From: Lama guanicoe
Lineage: Eukaryota
Direction of reading: 5' to 3'
Length of the DNA: 64,000 nt
NCBI GenBank assembly: GCA_013239625.1
Contig: MU056050.1
Coordinates: forward strand, 242,504 to 306,503
Below the pieces are notes generated by a model, which saw only the letters and a program-made list of their open reading frames with translations, did not search any database and had not been told where the DNA came from. Positions 1 to 13,560 of the stretch are shown here, piece after piece; position 1 is the stretch's first letter; each line of letters starts with the position of its first letter. A program made the translations under genes and the position numbers.

Positions 1-2079
1 ACACAACCCAAAGCTGGGTGTTCTGGGTTGGAGGCTGGTTTTGCAATACTCTTGTGTGCGCTGTTAGCTCCCTGGAAGTCTGGGAGGATGGGACACAGAT
101 GAGACTTGGGAATGTTATAGTACATTTTAATCTGTCAGGTCTCAATGCATGGTTTCTGAATCAGCAGCTTCAGGATCACCTGGGAACTTATTACAAATGC
201 AAATTCTCAAGCTCCTCCTCAGACCTCCTGACTCCAGAAGTTCTGCAGGGTGGGGGCTAACAGGTGTTTCCAGTGCTTATTAAAGTTCTGGAACCTGTTT
301 CTAATCCATAGTGTAAAGTGAAGAAATCACCCTGGATCTTGTGATGGTTGGTTCATTTAGGGCTTCACAACACACTCTGATGTCCATTGGAATGTCTGTA
401 GCTCTATATGAAAGAAGACTCTCTGGGCATAACTCTTCCATAGCTCAATGTGATCACCTAATATTTCAGGGCTGACTTTTTTCATAGCAACCTGCATTGA
501 ATCTTTGTCCAGAATCATTGAGGCTGTCAATTATCCCTTCATTCTAGGCAGGATACATGCAGGTAAAGGCAGTAAGTTGTTTAAAGGAAGAGCCTGGGCT
601 TTGGAGCCAGAGATACCTAGATTCATACACCTGCTTGGCCATTCACTAATTGTGTGACCTTGAACAAGCTACTGAATTTCTCTGATCCCCAAAAAGTGTT
701 GGCTCCCTTCCTCTGCGCTTAGGGTTCTGCTTTGTGATGATGGGGTAATGGGCTAAAGGATACCCAGTGTGTGCCTTATACCACTGAGTGACACTCTATG
801 GCCATTATCTCATTGGTGACCATCACAGCTCTGTAGAGATATAATAGATACTTCTATTAATAGCTCAAGGATGATATTTTACTCCCATTTTTACAAAGGT
901 GGCAGCTCACTAAGTTACCCAGAGCCATTCAGTTGGGAGTTGGTGAAGCCTGGGTTCTAACCCCAGTCTGCCTGGCACCAAGCTCCCTGCCCTTTCTACT
1001 ATATCACAGAGCTTCAACCTTTTACCCTTACCAATTAACAGCAGTTATCACGGTCTGTCAGTACCTTGATGGATGTAATTGACTATAATGGAAGGACTCT
1101 GAGTCAAATAGGCAGTCTGGTGGAGAGGGAAGTGGAGATGGCAAGAGAGTCAGGCTTGGTTGCCGCGGAGTGTTGGTGCTAGAAAAGAAGGTGCTGGAAG
1201 AAGAGGAGCGTTGACATGGCTCCAGGGGTGTCAGCCTGGTAAAAGCAGCAGAGACAGAAATGCAGGAAGCGGAGCAGCATGCAGTGGCTGACATGTTCCC
1301 CGCCCACCTCCACAGAGCCCCTTGCCATCAACAGTTCCACTCCCATTTGTCTCACTCAGCTGCAGAGGCAGTGGCTCCAATCCCAGCCTTCCTGCGGGGG
1401 GCCTCTGCAGGCAGCATGTGGAAAGCACAGGGATGAGGAGAAGCACCTCTCAGGTGTCACAGGAGGCAACAAAAGACCGATGACAGATGTGCCTCTGTAT
1501 CCTTGGTGAGTGAGATGTGCATGATGCATGGTAAAGGCAAGCTCTCCGGACTAATGAGCAATGTCAAATAAAACAAAGTTTTCTTTGATAAAAACAAGTT
1601 TCAAATGAGGGGAGAGCCCTGATACCTGGTAGGAGTGGATGCTTTGCTGTCTCACAGAGCCAACTTTTATTTATGAGCAGAATGCAAGAGAGAACCAAGG
1701 AGACTCAAAACCCACTCCCTTGAGAAATCATTTTCCTGAGGCCCTTTCTGATGATCAAAGTAAACTGGATTCACCAAAACAGAAGTAGGAAAGGCAATTA
1801 AAGCCAAGCACAATCCCAAAACCTGGAGGTGACTGCTGTTTAGCTTTTATTTACTTTATACACACATCTATGTATATGTATACACACATACATACATATG
1901 AAGACACGATATGGTACATACCTTTTTGTAGCCTCTTGAACTGTAGAAGTAGTGGCTCCAATCTGGATCTCATCTGTGGTGGGCTCTGCACCCAGCGTCG
2001 GAGAAATGTAGGGATCGGGAGAAGCACCTCTTGGGTGGCAGAGCAGTTACAGATGTATATAGATTTATTTACCAAAACA

Positions 2080-3090
2080 GAGTAATGGTGCATATTTCTT
2101 TCCAACATTTGTTTTCCACTTAACAGTAAGACATGAATGTTGTCTCATATTTGTATTATTTGAGAATGTGATTTTAAATAGTCATGGAACATGCTCTCAT
2201 GTCAGTGTTTCAACTTACTTAACCAGTTCCATCTTATTTGGCATTCAGTTTCCAAATTTTCATTTTCACTTCCAACGCCATGTTAGTGTGCACTTTTCTC
2301 TACCATGCCCAAGAGTAAATATCATCATTAAAAACATCTTAACCAGTTTGAAAGATGTCTTGTTTTGACGTACATTTCTTTGCTTATTAGGAAGATGGAA
2401 TATTTTTTCAAATTACTTATCCATTTGTATTTCTTCTGTCATGATTTAGTTATTCATGTCCCTATTCGAGTATACTCATGGACTATTCATCTTATCTTGT
2501 TCTGTATTTATTTGATAGTAAGGATATTAACCTAACCCTTTGTAAGTATTTTCCCTTGTTTGTATTTATATTTAAATTTGTGTCTGGTGGCCTTTTGATG
2601 GTCAGATTAAATTTTTATACATTGAAATCTTTTCCAGTCACTTTTTTTTCTTTTCTTCTTAGGAAGGCCTTTATTTTGAGGTAAAATACAGCCAATCTAT
2701 ATTTGATTCTGTATCTTTTATAGTTTTTTTAAAATTTAACTCTTTAATCATCCTTGAATTTATTTTGGTACTTTTTGTGAGGTAGGTCTCAATGTATTTT
2801 TTCCCAAAATAATCTAGTATCTCAGCACCATTTTTCAACATTCCATTCTTTCCCCGTTGATCTGAAAAGAGCATCTTTATCAAATACTAAATACACACTG
2901 TGTGTGTCTGTGTGTGTATTGTCCATTAAATTGTTGCTCTATTATTATACCCATCTAACATTTGATCCTAGCTTTATAACACATTTTAATAAATGCAGTA
3001 CACTCATTATTCACTTTTTTCTAAACTTTCTTGGTAGTCATCACCATTATTCTCAGCTGAAGCTTTATAATTTAATTCTATTCCTTTGAG
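2080..3090 (-). mobile_element. Old, degenerate L1M fragments
   Basis: T-rich antisense-L1-like text (ctttaatcatccttgaatttattttggta; ctcagcaccattt). Confidence 0.5.
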
Positions 3091-3939
3091 TACCAAATGT
3101 ACTCCCTTCAATTGGATTCTGTGAGACTTACCCAATCACTTCATAATTCTTTCCTCTTTTTAAACCTAGTTTGAGTGGATTTCTGTTCCTTAAGGCTTTA
3201 TCTCAGCCCTATTCTCCCGCTTCACTTGCTCCTTCTGTGATCGTGTCTAAACATTTGACATCTATCATCTTTAGCAAGAAGGTCCCAATCTATCATTTTT
3301 TAAAAAGCTCATGTTTATTGCTTTCTACACATATCTGGTGGCATTATCTTATTTAACTCCCTTTAAAACCCTACAAGATAGGTAGTAGTACCATCTACAT
3401 CTTACAGAGAAGGCTTAGAGAGGCTAAGTAACTTGTCCAAGGTCACACCGCTACTGTGTGGTTAAGAGCCAGGATTCAAATTCTGCTCTGATATACTTGC
3501 CATGCTATATACTGTGTAGCATTTAAAAGAAGGAAACATGAATATTAAATATTCTGTCTCCTTTAAAATTGAAAATCATAGCAACCACAGATACAGACTT
3601 CTGTTTTTGGAACTGAAGATGACACAAGAAGCAGTATGTCACACTAAAGGGAGGTTGTAATGGCAGAGTGCTTAAAGGCATTGACTCGGACTGCTTGGGT
3701 CTGAATCCCAGATGCATTCAATGGATTAATGGTAGGTGTTATAATTCATGCACAACTCTCCATAGTGCCTGGGACGTAGTGACTCTAAGATGTACATTTT
3801 TTTTCACATTTTGAAACCAGTTGGCCTCTCACAGTTTAATTGGCAGTATTTGTCTTACAACTGATGACATCTTAGATTTGATGAAATAAGATATTAAGTG
3901 CCTAATAAGTGTTTAGCTATTACACAAGATGACCACTCA

Positions 3940-4380
3940 TCCATCAGTAAATGCTTATTCAGTGTGAATTGTGTCAGGCACTGTTCTAGGGACTGGGAGA
4001 GAGTAGTAAACACAGCACAAATTCCTGCTCTCATGAAGTTTACCTCCTAGTGGGAGACACGCGTGAAATACAGATTAACAAATAAAATATATCATGTCAG
4101 ATGGCAGTAGGTAGTAAGTAATAAGTGAAACAGAGCAAGGGGAGTGGGACGTGGTGGGGGCAGGGAGGGCTATATTAGATTGAATGGTCAGGCAATGCTT
4201 CATGGACCAGGTGATGTGAAGAGACCTGAATGGGACGAGAGGGTGAGCCATGAGGACAGCTGGGGGAAGATATTTCCAGGGAGAAGGCAGAGCAAGTGTA
4301 AGGACCTTGAAGTGAAGGCACCCTTAGGGTCTTTGAGGAGTAGCAAGAGGGCCAGTATGGCAGCAGTGGAGTGAGTACAG
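3940..4380 (-). mobile_element. L2 LINE fragment
   Basis: tgcttattcagtgtgaattgtgtcaggcactgttctaggg...ccagggagaaggcagagcaagtgtaaggacc typical of the L2 3' region. Confidence 0.6.
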
Positions 4381-4970
4381 AACAGAGGACGTGGGAGAGG
4401 GGATGTCGCAGATTATGGCTGGAAACTTCTAAGTATGTAGATAACGGTTTCTTGAACTCCTGTCAAAAAGGCTCTAGATGTAAGAGTAGGAACTGTGCAT
4501 TGGGGCTCAGAGGTATCTAGCAAGGACTGCTGAGTGTCATGGGTACACTGCACTTAAAGCTGGGACACGGCGAGGGGGTTGGCATGGCATTAATTTAGGC
4601 AAAGTAAGGAGAGAGGCAGTTCCATTTAGTCTCTTAAACACACTAATGCACAGTCCAAATGATTCATGGTGCAGAACAGTTTGAGGGCAGAATGATAATG
4701 ATACGTGATCAGAATAACTGGATGAGCCTACTCCGCAAAAAAGTGACATTCAGGGCTTAACATTACTGATGGCATGTAGCACAAACCAGCCTTGGTTTGG
4801 TCTTTCAGAAGGCACAACCTCCGTCTTCCCCTTGAGCAGGCTGGACAAAATTCAGGTTATTTTAAGAATACTGAAGAACATGCATAGGGAGACTACATGC
4901 AGGACAGAAGAGTACAGAAGTCAGGCTTCTGTCATCATTTAATGCAAGCCATAAGGTTTTTAAAAAATCT

Positions 4971-5223
4971 TTTTTCAGATTCCACATGTGATATCATATA
5001 TTTCTCTTTGTCTGACTTACTTCACTTAATATGATAATCTCTAAGTTCATCCATGGTGCGAGGACCTACTCTATAGCACAGGGAACTATACTCAATTTCT
5101 TATAATAAGCTATAATGGAAAAGAATCTGAAAATATATGTATATATATGTATGTGTATGTATAACTGAATTGCTTTGCTACATACCTGAAACTAACATTG
5201 TAAATCAATAAAAAATAAAATTA
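4971..5223 (+). mobile_element. 5'-inverted (twin-primed) L1 3' fragment
   Basis: 4971-5055 is antisense L1 sequence matching the sense L1 at ~59860-59950; 5061-5223 is sense L1 3'UTR with A tail; aaaaaatct on both flanks. Confidence 0.8.
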
Positions 5224-5254
5224 AAAAAATCTATGGTTTCCTAGAAGCCAGGAT

Positions 5255-5470
5255 GCACAGTGGCTAAGAGCAATGTTCTTTGAAGGCAGACAGAGCTGGG
5301 CTCAAATGTCAGTCTTGTCACTTACTCTTTGTGGGACTTTGGTTAAGTAACCAACTCAAGCCTGTTACCTCCTCTGTAAATTGCAAATGATACCACCCAA
5401 CCTGAGTTGCTGTGAAGGTTAAATGAAATGTGTGTAAAGTGCACAGCACTGTAACTGCTCAATAAAACTA
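5255..5470 (+). mobile_element. MIR SINE (representative; similar MIRs at ~590-690, 870-1010, 3330-3520, 9530-9700, 22460-22670, 31005-31240, 47120-47285)
   Basis: ctgggctcaaat...cacttact...ctgtaaa...gttgctgtgaaggttaaatga...ctcaataaa MIR core. Confidence 0.65.
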
Positions 5471-6529
5471 CCGCTGCCTTTTCCTACTAAAAATGTGTTG
5501 TGTACCAGGATTTCTCCTGTTTATTATCTCTTGAAATAAAGGGACTCAAATTTACCCTGCCATCAAAATACATAGACATCAAGAGCAAAGAGAAAGCAAG
5601 TTTCCTTAGAATGCTAAAAGCAGTTGTAGCATTCACAGTATACACACTGAACTGTTGAAGATGGATGTCCAACTTGACTTTTTAGATACATGGCAACATG
5701 CGTAGAATCACTCTTCTTGCTTAAATCTTACAGTGCTTCTTTCAGAGGCCCTGTGAGGTGCAGTTGTGAAATATACTCAGCGAAGAAGCTGAGACAAGAA
5801 AGACAGGTTCTATTGAGAATTCCCTCCCTAGTCCCACAAATGCAAGGTAAGGCCATTTTTTGACTGAATTAAAAGCCATTAAACATTTAACAATCAGAAA
5901 ATGAAACTCTGTTACTCAGGAACTATGGAGAGATCCAAAGTTTACTTCCTTCTCCCACCAAAAATGCCTCATGTAAAAAAGAATGTCATCATTTAATCCA
6001 AGCATATAACATTTGAGCATTAGACTGGATTATAAGGAATTTAAAGGAATTTTCAGAAAATGGATAGCTCTTCCTGTGCCCCTCCCATATCCCTGAGGTC
6101 TATCTTGCTCCAAATGGAATGAATTTCAACAGTGAGTAGTTTATCAATGCAGACATATGCTAAAAGTACATTTATTATGAAACTCTTACATTTGTTAGAT
6201 TTCCATATTTTACTTCCAATGTTTTCTTGGAATTTTCATGACCACATAGGCCCCCACATTTGAAGTGTCTGCACTAAAGGTTCTAATGTCTTCTTAATGA
6301 TGGCACTTGGTAATTTGCAGACCTAAGAGATCACATGAGTCCTACTGACAATTCAAGAAACAAGAACTTGAGGAACTTAGATGATACAAATTAATCCAAG
6401 CTCTTAATACTAAGAACATGGAATAAAAATAAAGTTATCCATAGTGATATAGATTATATCTTTATTATATTTTAATCCATCAATCTAAAAATCACACATA
6501 TCAGATCAAACAGGAGTACCACAGTATGC

Positions 6530-6535
6530 TTTATT
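6530..6535 (-). terminator. Candidate distal poly(A) signal for exon 9C and long 9A transcripts (alternatives at 6461 and 6171)
   Basis: Minus strand gctAAATAAAgcatactgtggt followed by GU-rich ctgtttgatctga; at the end of the AT-rich UTR-like tract. Confidence 0.55.
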
Positions 6536-8758
6536 TAGCAGGTATTAATTAGTTCACTATATTGATACATCCAAAATTTAGGTAGCAGCAAGCATCAGTC
6601 CTTCCAAAGAAGCTTGGGTGAAAAACAATTCTTTATATTCATGAGTTCAAAGTCCTACTATCTGATCCATTGTTGTACTGACATAAAAATGAACTCAGTG
6701 AGCAAAGCTAACTGAACACTCAGTTCGTAGATTTTGGGCTTCCTATTTTATTGGAGTTGAAGCAACTTTTGTTTTAACCTTCTGTTAATATTTTGTGTTT
6801 TTCATCTTAATTCTCAAAGAAGAGTTAAACACACATTTGCTAATTATCTAAGATAAAAATCATGATACCTAATGAAGAATTACTTATACTAGTCTCCTAC
6901 CCAAAAGGTAGAAAAAAACTTTTAAATGAAACCGTAATTCTGAATGTATATGAACTTTCCAATCCACATACCTAGCAAGGTCACAAGCTGATTTAAATAA
7001 TCGGGCTTTTAGACAATCATCTCAAAAATATTTATTGAAACGAAGCCACTGTTCTTTATGGTGCCATCTTTTGACAAAATAACAAATAAGCAATTGTTTT
7101 CAAAGGAGAACATCTTAAAAGAAAATATTCTTTATATACTTAGCAAATAGAGAAGAGCTTGAGTCTGCAAGTCAGAGTTCTAAGGGAAACATCATTGAGC
7201 AATCTGACTTCCTACTCCAGTTTGGAATATATGCTTTTGAGATGCACGTATGAAGACAGTAAAGAAAGATGTTGATGAATTTTCTTTTTTTTTAAACAAA
7301 ATTTTCCAATTCCAATTATTGCCAAAGAATTTTGGCATCAGTTAATGGCAGCAATACAGTGGTGAGCATCTGAATTTTGCTGAGAGGTAGATGGGAACCA
7401 AATCCTTGGATTTAATAACTAACTTAAGATTTAAGCTTAATTTTTTAATCCAAGGAACATTTTAAAAGTGAAGGCAGGTCTTTGGAAACTGTTGTTTTTT
7501 AGTTATATAGAGATAAAACAGCTCGATAAAACAAACATCTGCCTTATGCTAATAACAAGTGTGCAAAGCAACCATTTGGACACTACAGAAATACAACGCT
7601 GTGCTTCCAAATCAAAAGACAATTCACTAGCCTAGCCAATCAAGCAGACACTGGGATGAGTGGTCTCTAGTACCTTACTCCAGCAGCCAGAGCCATTAGA
7701 GGTCCCTTTAGGGATAGAAAGCTGTATCAAGATCAACAAATTACAGAATAATCCTGGTCCAGCTTTGGCCAGGCAGTCATCTCATGATGACACTTCAGGG
7801 CCCACTAGCCTCTAGAGTTAGCACTTGGCTGCTGCAAGAAAAAAAAAAGAAACCAATACATTAAAAATATCAGTCAGAACTTATTCATACAGGGGATGAG
7901 AGAGTGCAAGAGGCACACAAAACAGAGACACTTCGTTTTGTTTTACTGGAGGATGAATTAACTTTCTGAACAAGTTAAGGCTCTAAGAAAAAAAAAACTC
8001 TAAATCATAACTCTAAAAGACCATAACCCATTCTATGTCAACACCTTAAAAAAAAGCTGAAGATCTTAGCATAAATGGCAAATCTGTGATAATCGATATA
8101 TTCCAAACTCCAGTAGGTCCCCCCACAAAAAGCATCATTGTTAAAATGTAGTAGCTACTAACTGTAATGAAAATAACCAGACTTTTGCTATTAAACACAG
8201 TACTATGAAGCCCTTTCTTTTCTTTTTTTTAACTAGCAGAAAAACAGATTTAAATCACCTTGATTAGGCGATGGAGAAACTGAGTCATATTATCACAAAC
8301 CAAATTTTATGGTTGCCACCCAATGAAAATGAATTCACTGTGTTCCTGAACTTATTTCCTGAAGCAAGGTAAATTCTCTAACAGCTTTGATTTTGCAAAT
8401 AATGTCAAAGAAGCAAAATACAAGAAACTGCAACATATAAAATCATACTTCAGTAGAAATGCTTTCATAATTGCATCCAGAGGCTTAAAATCATTATTTA
8501 CTAAAAACCATATTCTAAGCCACAATTTTTCTTTCAATTACACTTTTACAAAGGAAGAGAAAATAGGAAAAAAAAAAGGAAGAAATTGGTCCTAATACAT
8601 TTTTTTTTCTTAAAGAGTGCTACTCATGCCCAAGTTAGCTAGCAACTCACTTAGGTTAATCTGTGTATCTTAAACAATCGATTGCACAGCATTTCCTGGC
8701 TTTTAGCCAATTGAAACGTAACTTGATGGCCAAAAAAAAGAGCACTAGATTTAATTGA

Positions 8759-8901
8759 TTACACAGACTGATAACCAGTACGACTTTTCCTTCTTCCAAT
8801 CATATAAGAGATAAAGACAACAATTATAAGGAAGCCCAAGGCTACACCCACTGCAACAGGAATAAGAAAGTTGAGGTCAGAGTCAGCAGAACATTCTTCA
8901 G
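8759..8901 (-). CDS. LAMP2: LAMP2 alternative terminal exon 9C coding part (AEECSADSDLNFLIPVAVGVALGFLIIVVFISYMIGRRKSRTGYQSV*), LAMP-2C
   Basis: Branch point TACTAAT, long pyrimidine tract and ctaacag|CT acceptor; 143 nt to TAA; GYQSV tail; overlaps ORF 8759..8974. Confidence 0.97.
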
Positions 8902-11387
8902 CTGTTAGAAAAGAGACAGAAAGCAAGGAAAGGAAATTAGTAAGGAATGCAATTAAGCAGAAACAAACAAACAAGGAACAAGCATTTTGAGAGTGTACAT
9001 AGGTTAGTCTTTCAGAGCATTACCCCCTATTTTCTTATTTTCACTATATCCACCCAAATATTTCCAAGCAACTGATCTGCCTGTATCTGTCACTTCATCT
9101 CAAATCACACCTAATTCCTTAGTATAAAAAGCAGAAGGTAAGGGAAGAATGGGAAAGGGTCCAAAACAGAATTGTGCTTGCCTAATATGGGAAGATTTTA
9201 TGGTGAATTGTCTAATGGCACCAGGGGGAAAAGGCTAACATCTTCACTTAAAAACCACTGCCTGCATATTTCCCCATTCCCTTTCTCCCCTGCCACGACC
9301 ATCATGAAAATATAAATAATTCTGTATGGGTAATAAAAATAAAATTTAAGTTAAAAAGGATTTAAGATCAAGAAAATGCAGTATAATTTTTCCACACAAG
9401 TATTAGGTAGCTATCAGGTTATATATAATTCTTTTCAGCTGAATAGTGGCCTGGGCAGATAATAGCAAAGTTCAGTGGACATTGCAGTCCACTCCACTGG
9501 ACCACCAGGAAGGCGGTGTGCACGTGCAATGTCGATTTTGAGCTCTGGATTCAGACAGAACTGAATTTGAATCTTGACTCTTTCAATTACTAGCTAATGG
9601 GCCTTGGTCAAGGTATTAACTGGGCTTCATTTTCCTCATCTGTAAAAGGGGGATAATAATACCTATATTATAAGATATCTGAGGATTCAAAACAACTTTA
9701 TTTCTAACGTATGTGATGCATATCTCCCATGTTTTTGATCCCATCCAAGGTTCAGGTTTTGAAGTAGCAAACAGATCAAAATAGGAGCCACTGAAAAAGC
9801 CAATATTCAGTACTTTTAAAAATACTTAAGCAAACAAAGTTGGTATCATGTGTCATTTATTGAAGTAGTACTTAGTGCAGGAACTCAAAGTGCCCAATTC
9901 CGACCTCACAGTTTCAAGCTTAAACTAGTTTTACTACTGAGTGACTAGGTTTCATTGGGACAATTTTTATCAAAATGCTAATAATGGTTTTGTTGCCCAC
10001 TAGATATGTAACCGCAGTGAAGTCACTCTTCTTTCTGTAAAAATTATGGGGTTAGAGTAAATAATCTTTAAGCTGCTTTCCAGCATAAGTCTAATGCAAT
10101 TAACAAAATGTGATGTTTGGTGTGATTTATGATTGAATAATAACTTGCATTTTTTACTCTAATTTTATTTTTTCCTCCTCTTGCAATTTTGTCATTCATT
10201 AAAAAAAAAGTTGCTAAGGTTCTGAGCATACATCATGAATTTCAGTAATGACATCAGCTTTTATTGAAATATTTACTGTTTTACTGAAAGCTTTCAGAGA
10301 CTGACATCTGGGTACCAAAATACTGTAATCAGTGAGTTACAGAAACTCTGAACAAGCCAATATATACATAGAATGAATTAATAAAATAATCACTTCAATG
10401 TGAAAGTCTCCTTAAGTCTATTGATTAAGCTTCCTTCTTATTTGTCTCTATAGTCAACATCTGTGCTGCACTTTTAACACGGAGCATGCTTCAATAGGGG
10501 CTGATTATCAAGTTCATTTTAATGCCAATAGCTTCTCTCTACACCCCCATCTATGCTCTGCCCCACAGGGGCCATCCTGGCAAAAGCAAGAGCCTAGTTG
10601 CTACGCTTCACTGCCTCCCTTCTGAGATTGCTGTTAGCTTACATTTCATAAGTACTAGTCTGATGACAACACTAAATAGATTTTAATGCTCTAGAGATCA
10701 ACAATACGAGGTAGAGAAACACAACACAATCTCTCCTAATTAGTTCATAGAATATTTCTATCTTTCAATGCTAATCAGGCATCCAAGGAAGAGAAAAACA
10801 TAAGGGAAAAAAAAAGGCAAATGGTTAAACATGCTTGAACCTTTTCAGTCTTTTGCTGAAAAAGAAATACTTTTTAAAACTGAAGCCAGTTTAAGTTCTG
10901 TTGTGGCCTCTTGGGTCTGTTTTTTACCTAGGGAAAAATCACAAGCCTAAGATACTGAATTTATTTGTAACTTGAGAAATCAGCCAAAGTCACGTAAGCT
11001 AAAAAATGCTGATGGTCCTGAGGACATTCAACTAAAAACCAAGTTTAAGCATAGCTGATGGGCATTTAGACCACATCAATATTTATTTAATGAACTAGAT
11101 GCAAAGGCACTATGATGAGTTTAAATCAGGATAGTTCTTATACATTGAAACAGAACACCGGTAGTGAAACAATATTTATTAATTCCATTAAGAGACAACT
11201 ACATATTTTATCCTCATAATGGCCATGTTAATAAGTTTAAGGTATCTTAGGTTAGAATCAAAATTTGGCCAAGGCTTCTTAAGACAGATCTTAAAACATT
11301 GCACACCGATGTTCTTTTTAACAAGTTTGTCTTCAGGACCAGTAAACACAACATTTTTTAAAATTTTAAGCTGTTCTATTGACAGTT

Positions 11388-11393
11388 TTTATT
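11388..11393 (-). terminator. Candidate proximal poly(A) signal in the exon 9A 3'UTR (others at 11175, 11082, 10260, 9856)
   Basis: AATAAA hexamers on the minus strand downstream of the 9A stop codon. Confidence 0.45.
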
Positions 11394-11539
11394 AATGAAG
11401 AATTATCCCAAAATGCTGGGACTGATTTGAATTAATGTTTCAATATATCCATCTTAAAGAACAAAGTGTTTCAAAACTGAAAGGCAAGAAAATCTTGTTA
11501 TGTGCATGTATTTTTATATAATCAATCAGATTGCAGGTT

Positions 11540-11679
11540 CTAAAACTGCTCATATCCAGCATGATGGCGCTTGAGACCAATAAAGTAAGCCAGCAACACT
11601 AGAATAAGCACTCCTGCCAAGGCTGCTCCCACAGCTATGGGCACAAGGAAGTTGTCGTCATCTGCACTGCAGTCTTGAG
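11540..11679 (-). CDS. LAMP2: LAMP2 alternative terminal exon 9A coding part (AQDCSADDDNFLVPIAVGAALAGVLILVLLAYFIGLKRHHAGYEQF*), LAMP-2A, the chaperone-mediated autophagy receptor
   Basis: Acceptor cacatctag|CT, 140 nt to TAG; KRHH basic patch and GYEQF tail; overlaps ORF 11540..11740. Confidence 0.97.
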
Positions 11680-12149
11680 CTAGATGTGGAGAAAGGACAA
11701 TTGAGAACAGAAACAGTGACAAAATGTCAAATCTGTACATTTTAAGTTAAAATGATAGTACTTCCCAACACATATATTTTGTTTTTTTATACCAAGGCAA
11801 CAAATCACTGGCATTGATACCAGCAAATGAGATGGTCCACAGAAGTGACTTTCCAAACAACCAAATCATGCACTTTAAAGTACCCCCACCAAATGCAGTC
11901 GTTTTGGATGAAAGATATATAGTGATCGCGTACTTCTCCGATTTCTTAAACAGAAGATAATGGAGAAATACAATTAGACTTTCCTTGATGATCAAGCTGT
12001 GAGCTTTCAGAGGCAAAGGGTAAAGATGTGGAAGCAGCACAGTGCCTGGAACACTGCAGACTGTGAAGCATTAATGAACAACCATACAAAGCAGATATAA
12101 GAACTCAATGCACAGCAATATGGGGGTCATTTAATAGTAGGAAAAGATA

Positions 12150-13560
12150 CAAACTGGCCCTGATTGCATAACTGTTTGCCTTAAGCTGTTCAGTCTAGTG
12201 TAAGAATCAGACAAGAAATCAGCGGTTTTAATTTCAAAATGTGCTATAATGGGGGAAGGCAACACACAGTGTCATGGTAGTATTTCAGAGGCACACAACT
12301 CAGCCTTGTTACACAAGACGTAGTTTGAAAGAGGTGCCACTGGAGCTGAGTTTTTAAGAATGAATAGGAATTAACCAAATTAATCATGCAGGAAATGGGC
12401 TTCCAGGTATAGAAAACAGCACAGACAAAAATACGGAGGGTCAGAAAACATAGCACTTCGGGGGAAACGCAAGCAGGTTGTCATAGCTAAAACAATGGAT
12501 CAAAAGGTACTATTGGAAAAGAGGCAGGAAACGGGTACTAGGATCAGCTCACAAAGGCATTGTATGCTCAAGGTAGTTTGGTGTTATACTGATGGCAAAA
12601 AAAAAGCGACAGAATTTTAAGCAGGGTATTTTTGTCAGAAGTTATGGCAGATGGAAGATTGGAGGTATTAAGTTAGGAAGCGCCTCTATTGCTAGAAGCC
12701 AGATGACCAGTAATATGGTCCTGAACTAGATTAATGAAGTGCAGACGCAGAAGGGACTGACTAGAGATCCAATTAGAAGACAGAATTGACCAAATGGATG
12801 TAGGGGGTGTGGTAGGAGGAGATAATAGAATGGCCTCCAATCCCATGCTTGAGTGGTCATATAGATGCTGGTGCCATTCGTGATAGGGAACACAGGAGGA
12901 ATGCACACATTTCAGGTTTGTAGTTACTTTTGTTTGTATGGGTTAGTTCTTTTCAATTTAATTTAAAAATTTTTTGTGTCGGGGGAGGGTGGAGAGGGAT
13001 ATGTGGAAGAGGAAGACATGCAGTTTTAGATCTGCTGAGTTTAAGATACCTCTGTCCCAACCAAGTAGTTGATGTACATAAGTGATATTTCAAACCAGAA
13101 CAAAGATATTTCTCAGCAAGGGCAGATGGAATAGTAAGAGGCCCAGAGACAAAACCCTTGGGAATACCAATATTTGAAGAATAAAGGAAGGAAAAAAATT
13201 AGGAAAGGCAGGTAGAAAATAGTGCCACAGAAGCCAAGGAAGGAAACAGTTTCAATTAGCGTGGGAGAATAGTGTAAAACATTAGAGACACCAGAGAAAT
13301 GTCCATTGGATCTAGCAATATGGAGGGTGGGGAGCTGGGAGTCAAATTGCTACAGGTTTAGGAGTGAATGGGAAGTGACTGGTTAGGAGCTCAAGAACTT
13401 GGAATGGGGAACAGTTTAGAAGGACAAACGGTAGATAGTTAGAAGTGGGATGTACTGTCAAGAAAGACTATCTTCAGGTGGAAAAGGATGAGGGAAAAGA
13501 GCAGGAGCATTTTATAGGCTGAAGATGCTGAATGGTACAGTCTCCTAGGAGGTAGGAGAA
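12150..13560 (-). mobile_element. Fragmented L2 LINE between exons 9B and 9A
   Basis: Purine-rich degenerate L2-like text (gcatttcaggcag-type and atgtccattggatctagcaa motifs). Confidence 0.45.

Noticed and set aside
1100..1600. GC-richer stretch ending in AATAAA, possible processed pseudogene or exon
   Set aside because: No frame gave a peptide I recognise, and there is no clear poly(A) tail or target duplication; a translated search would be needed.
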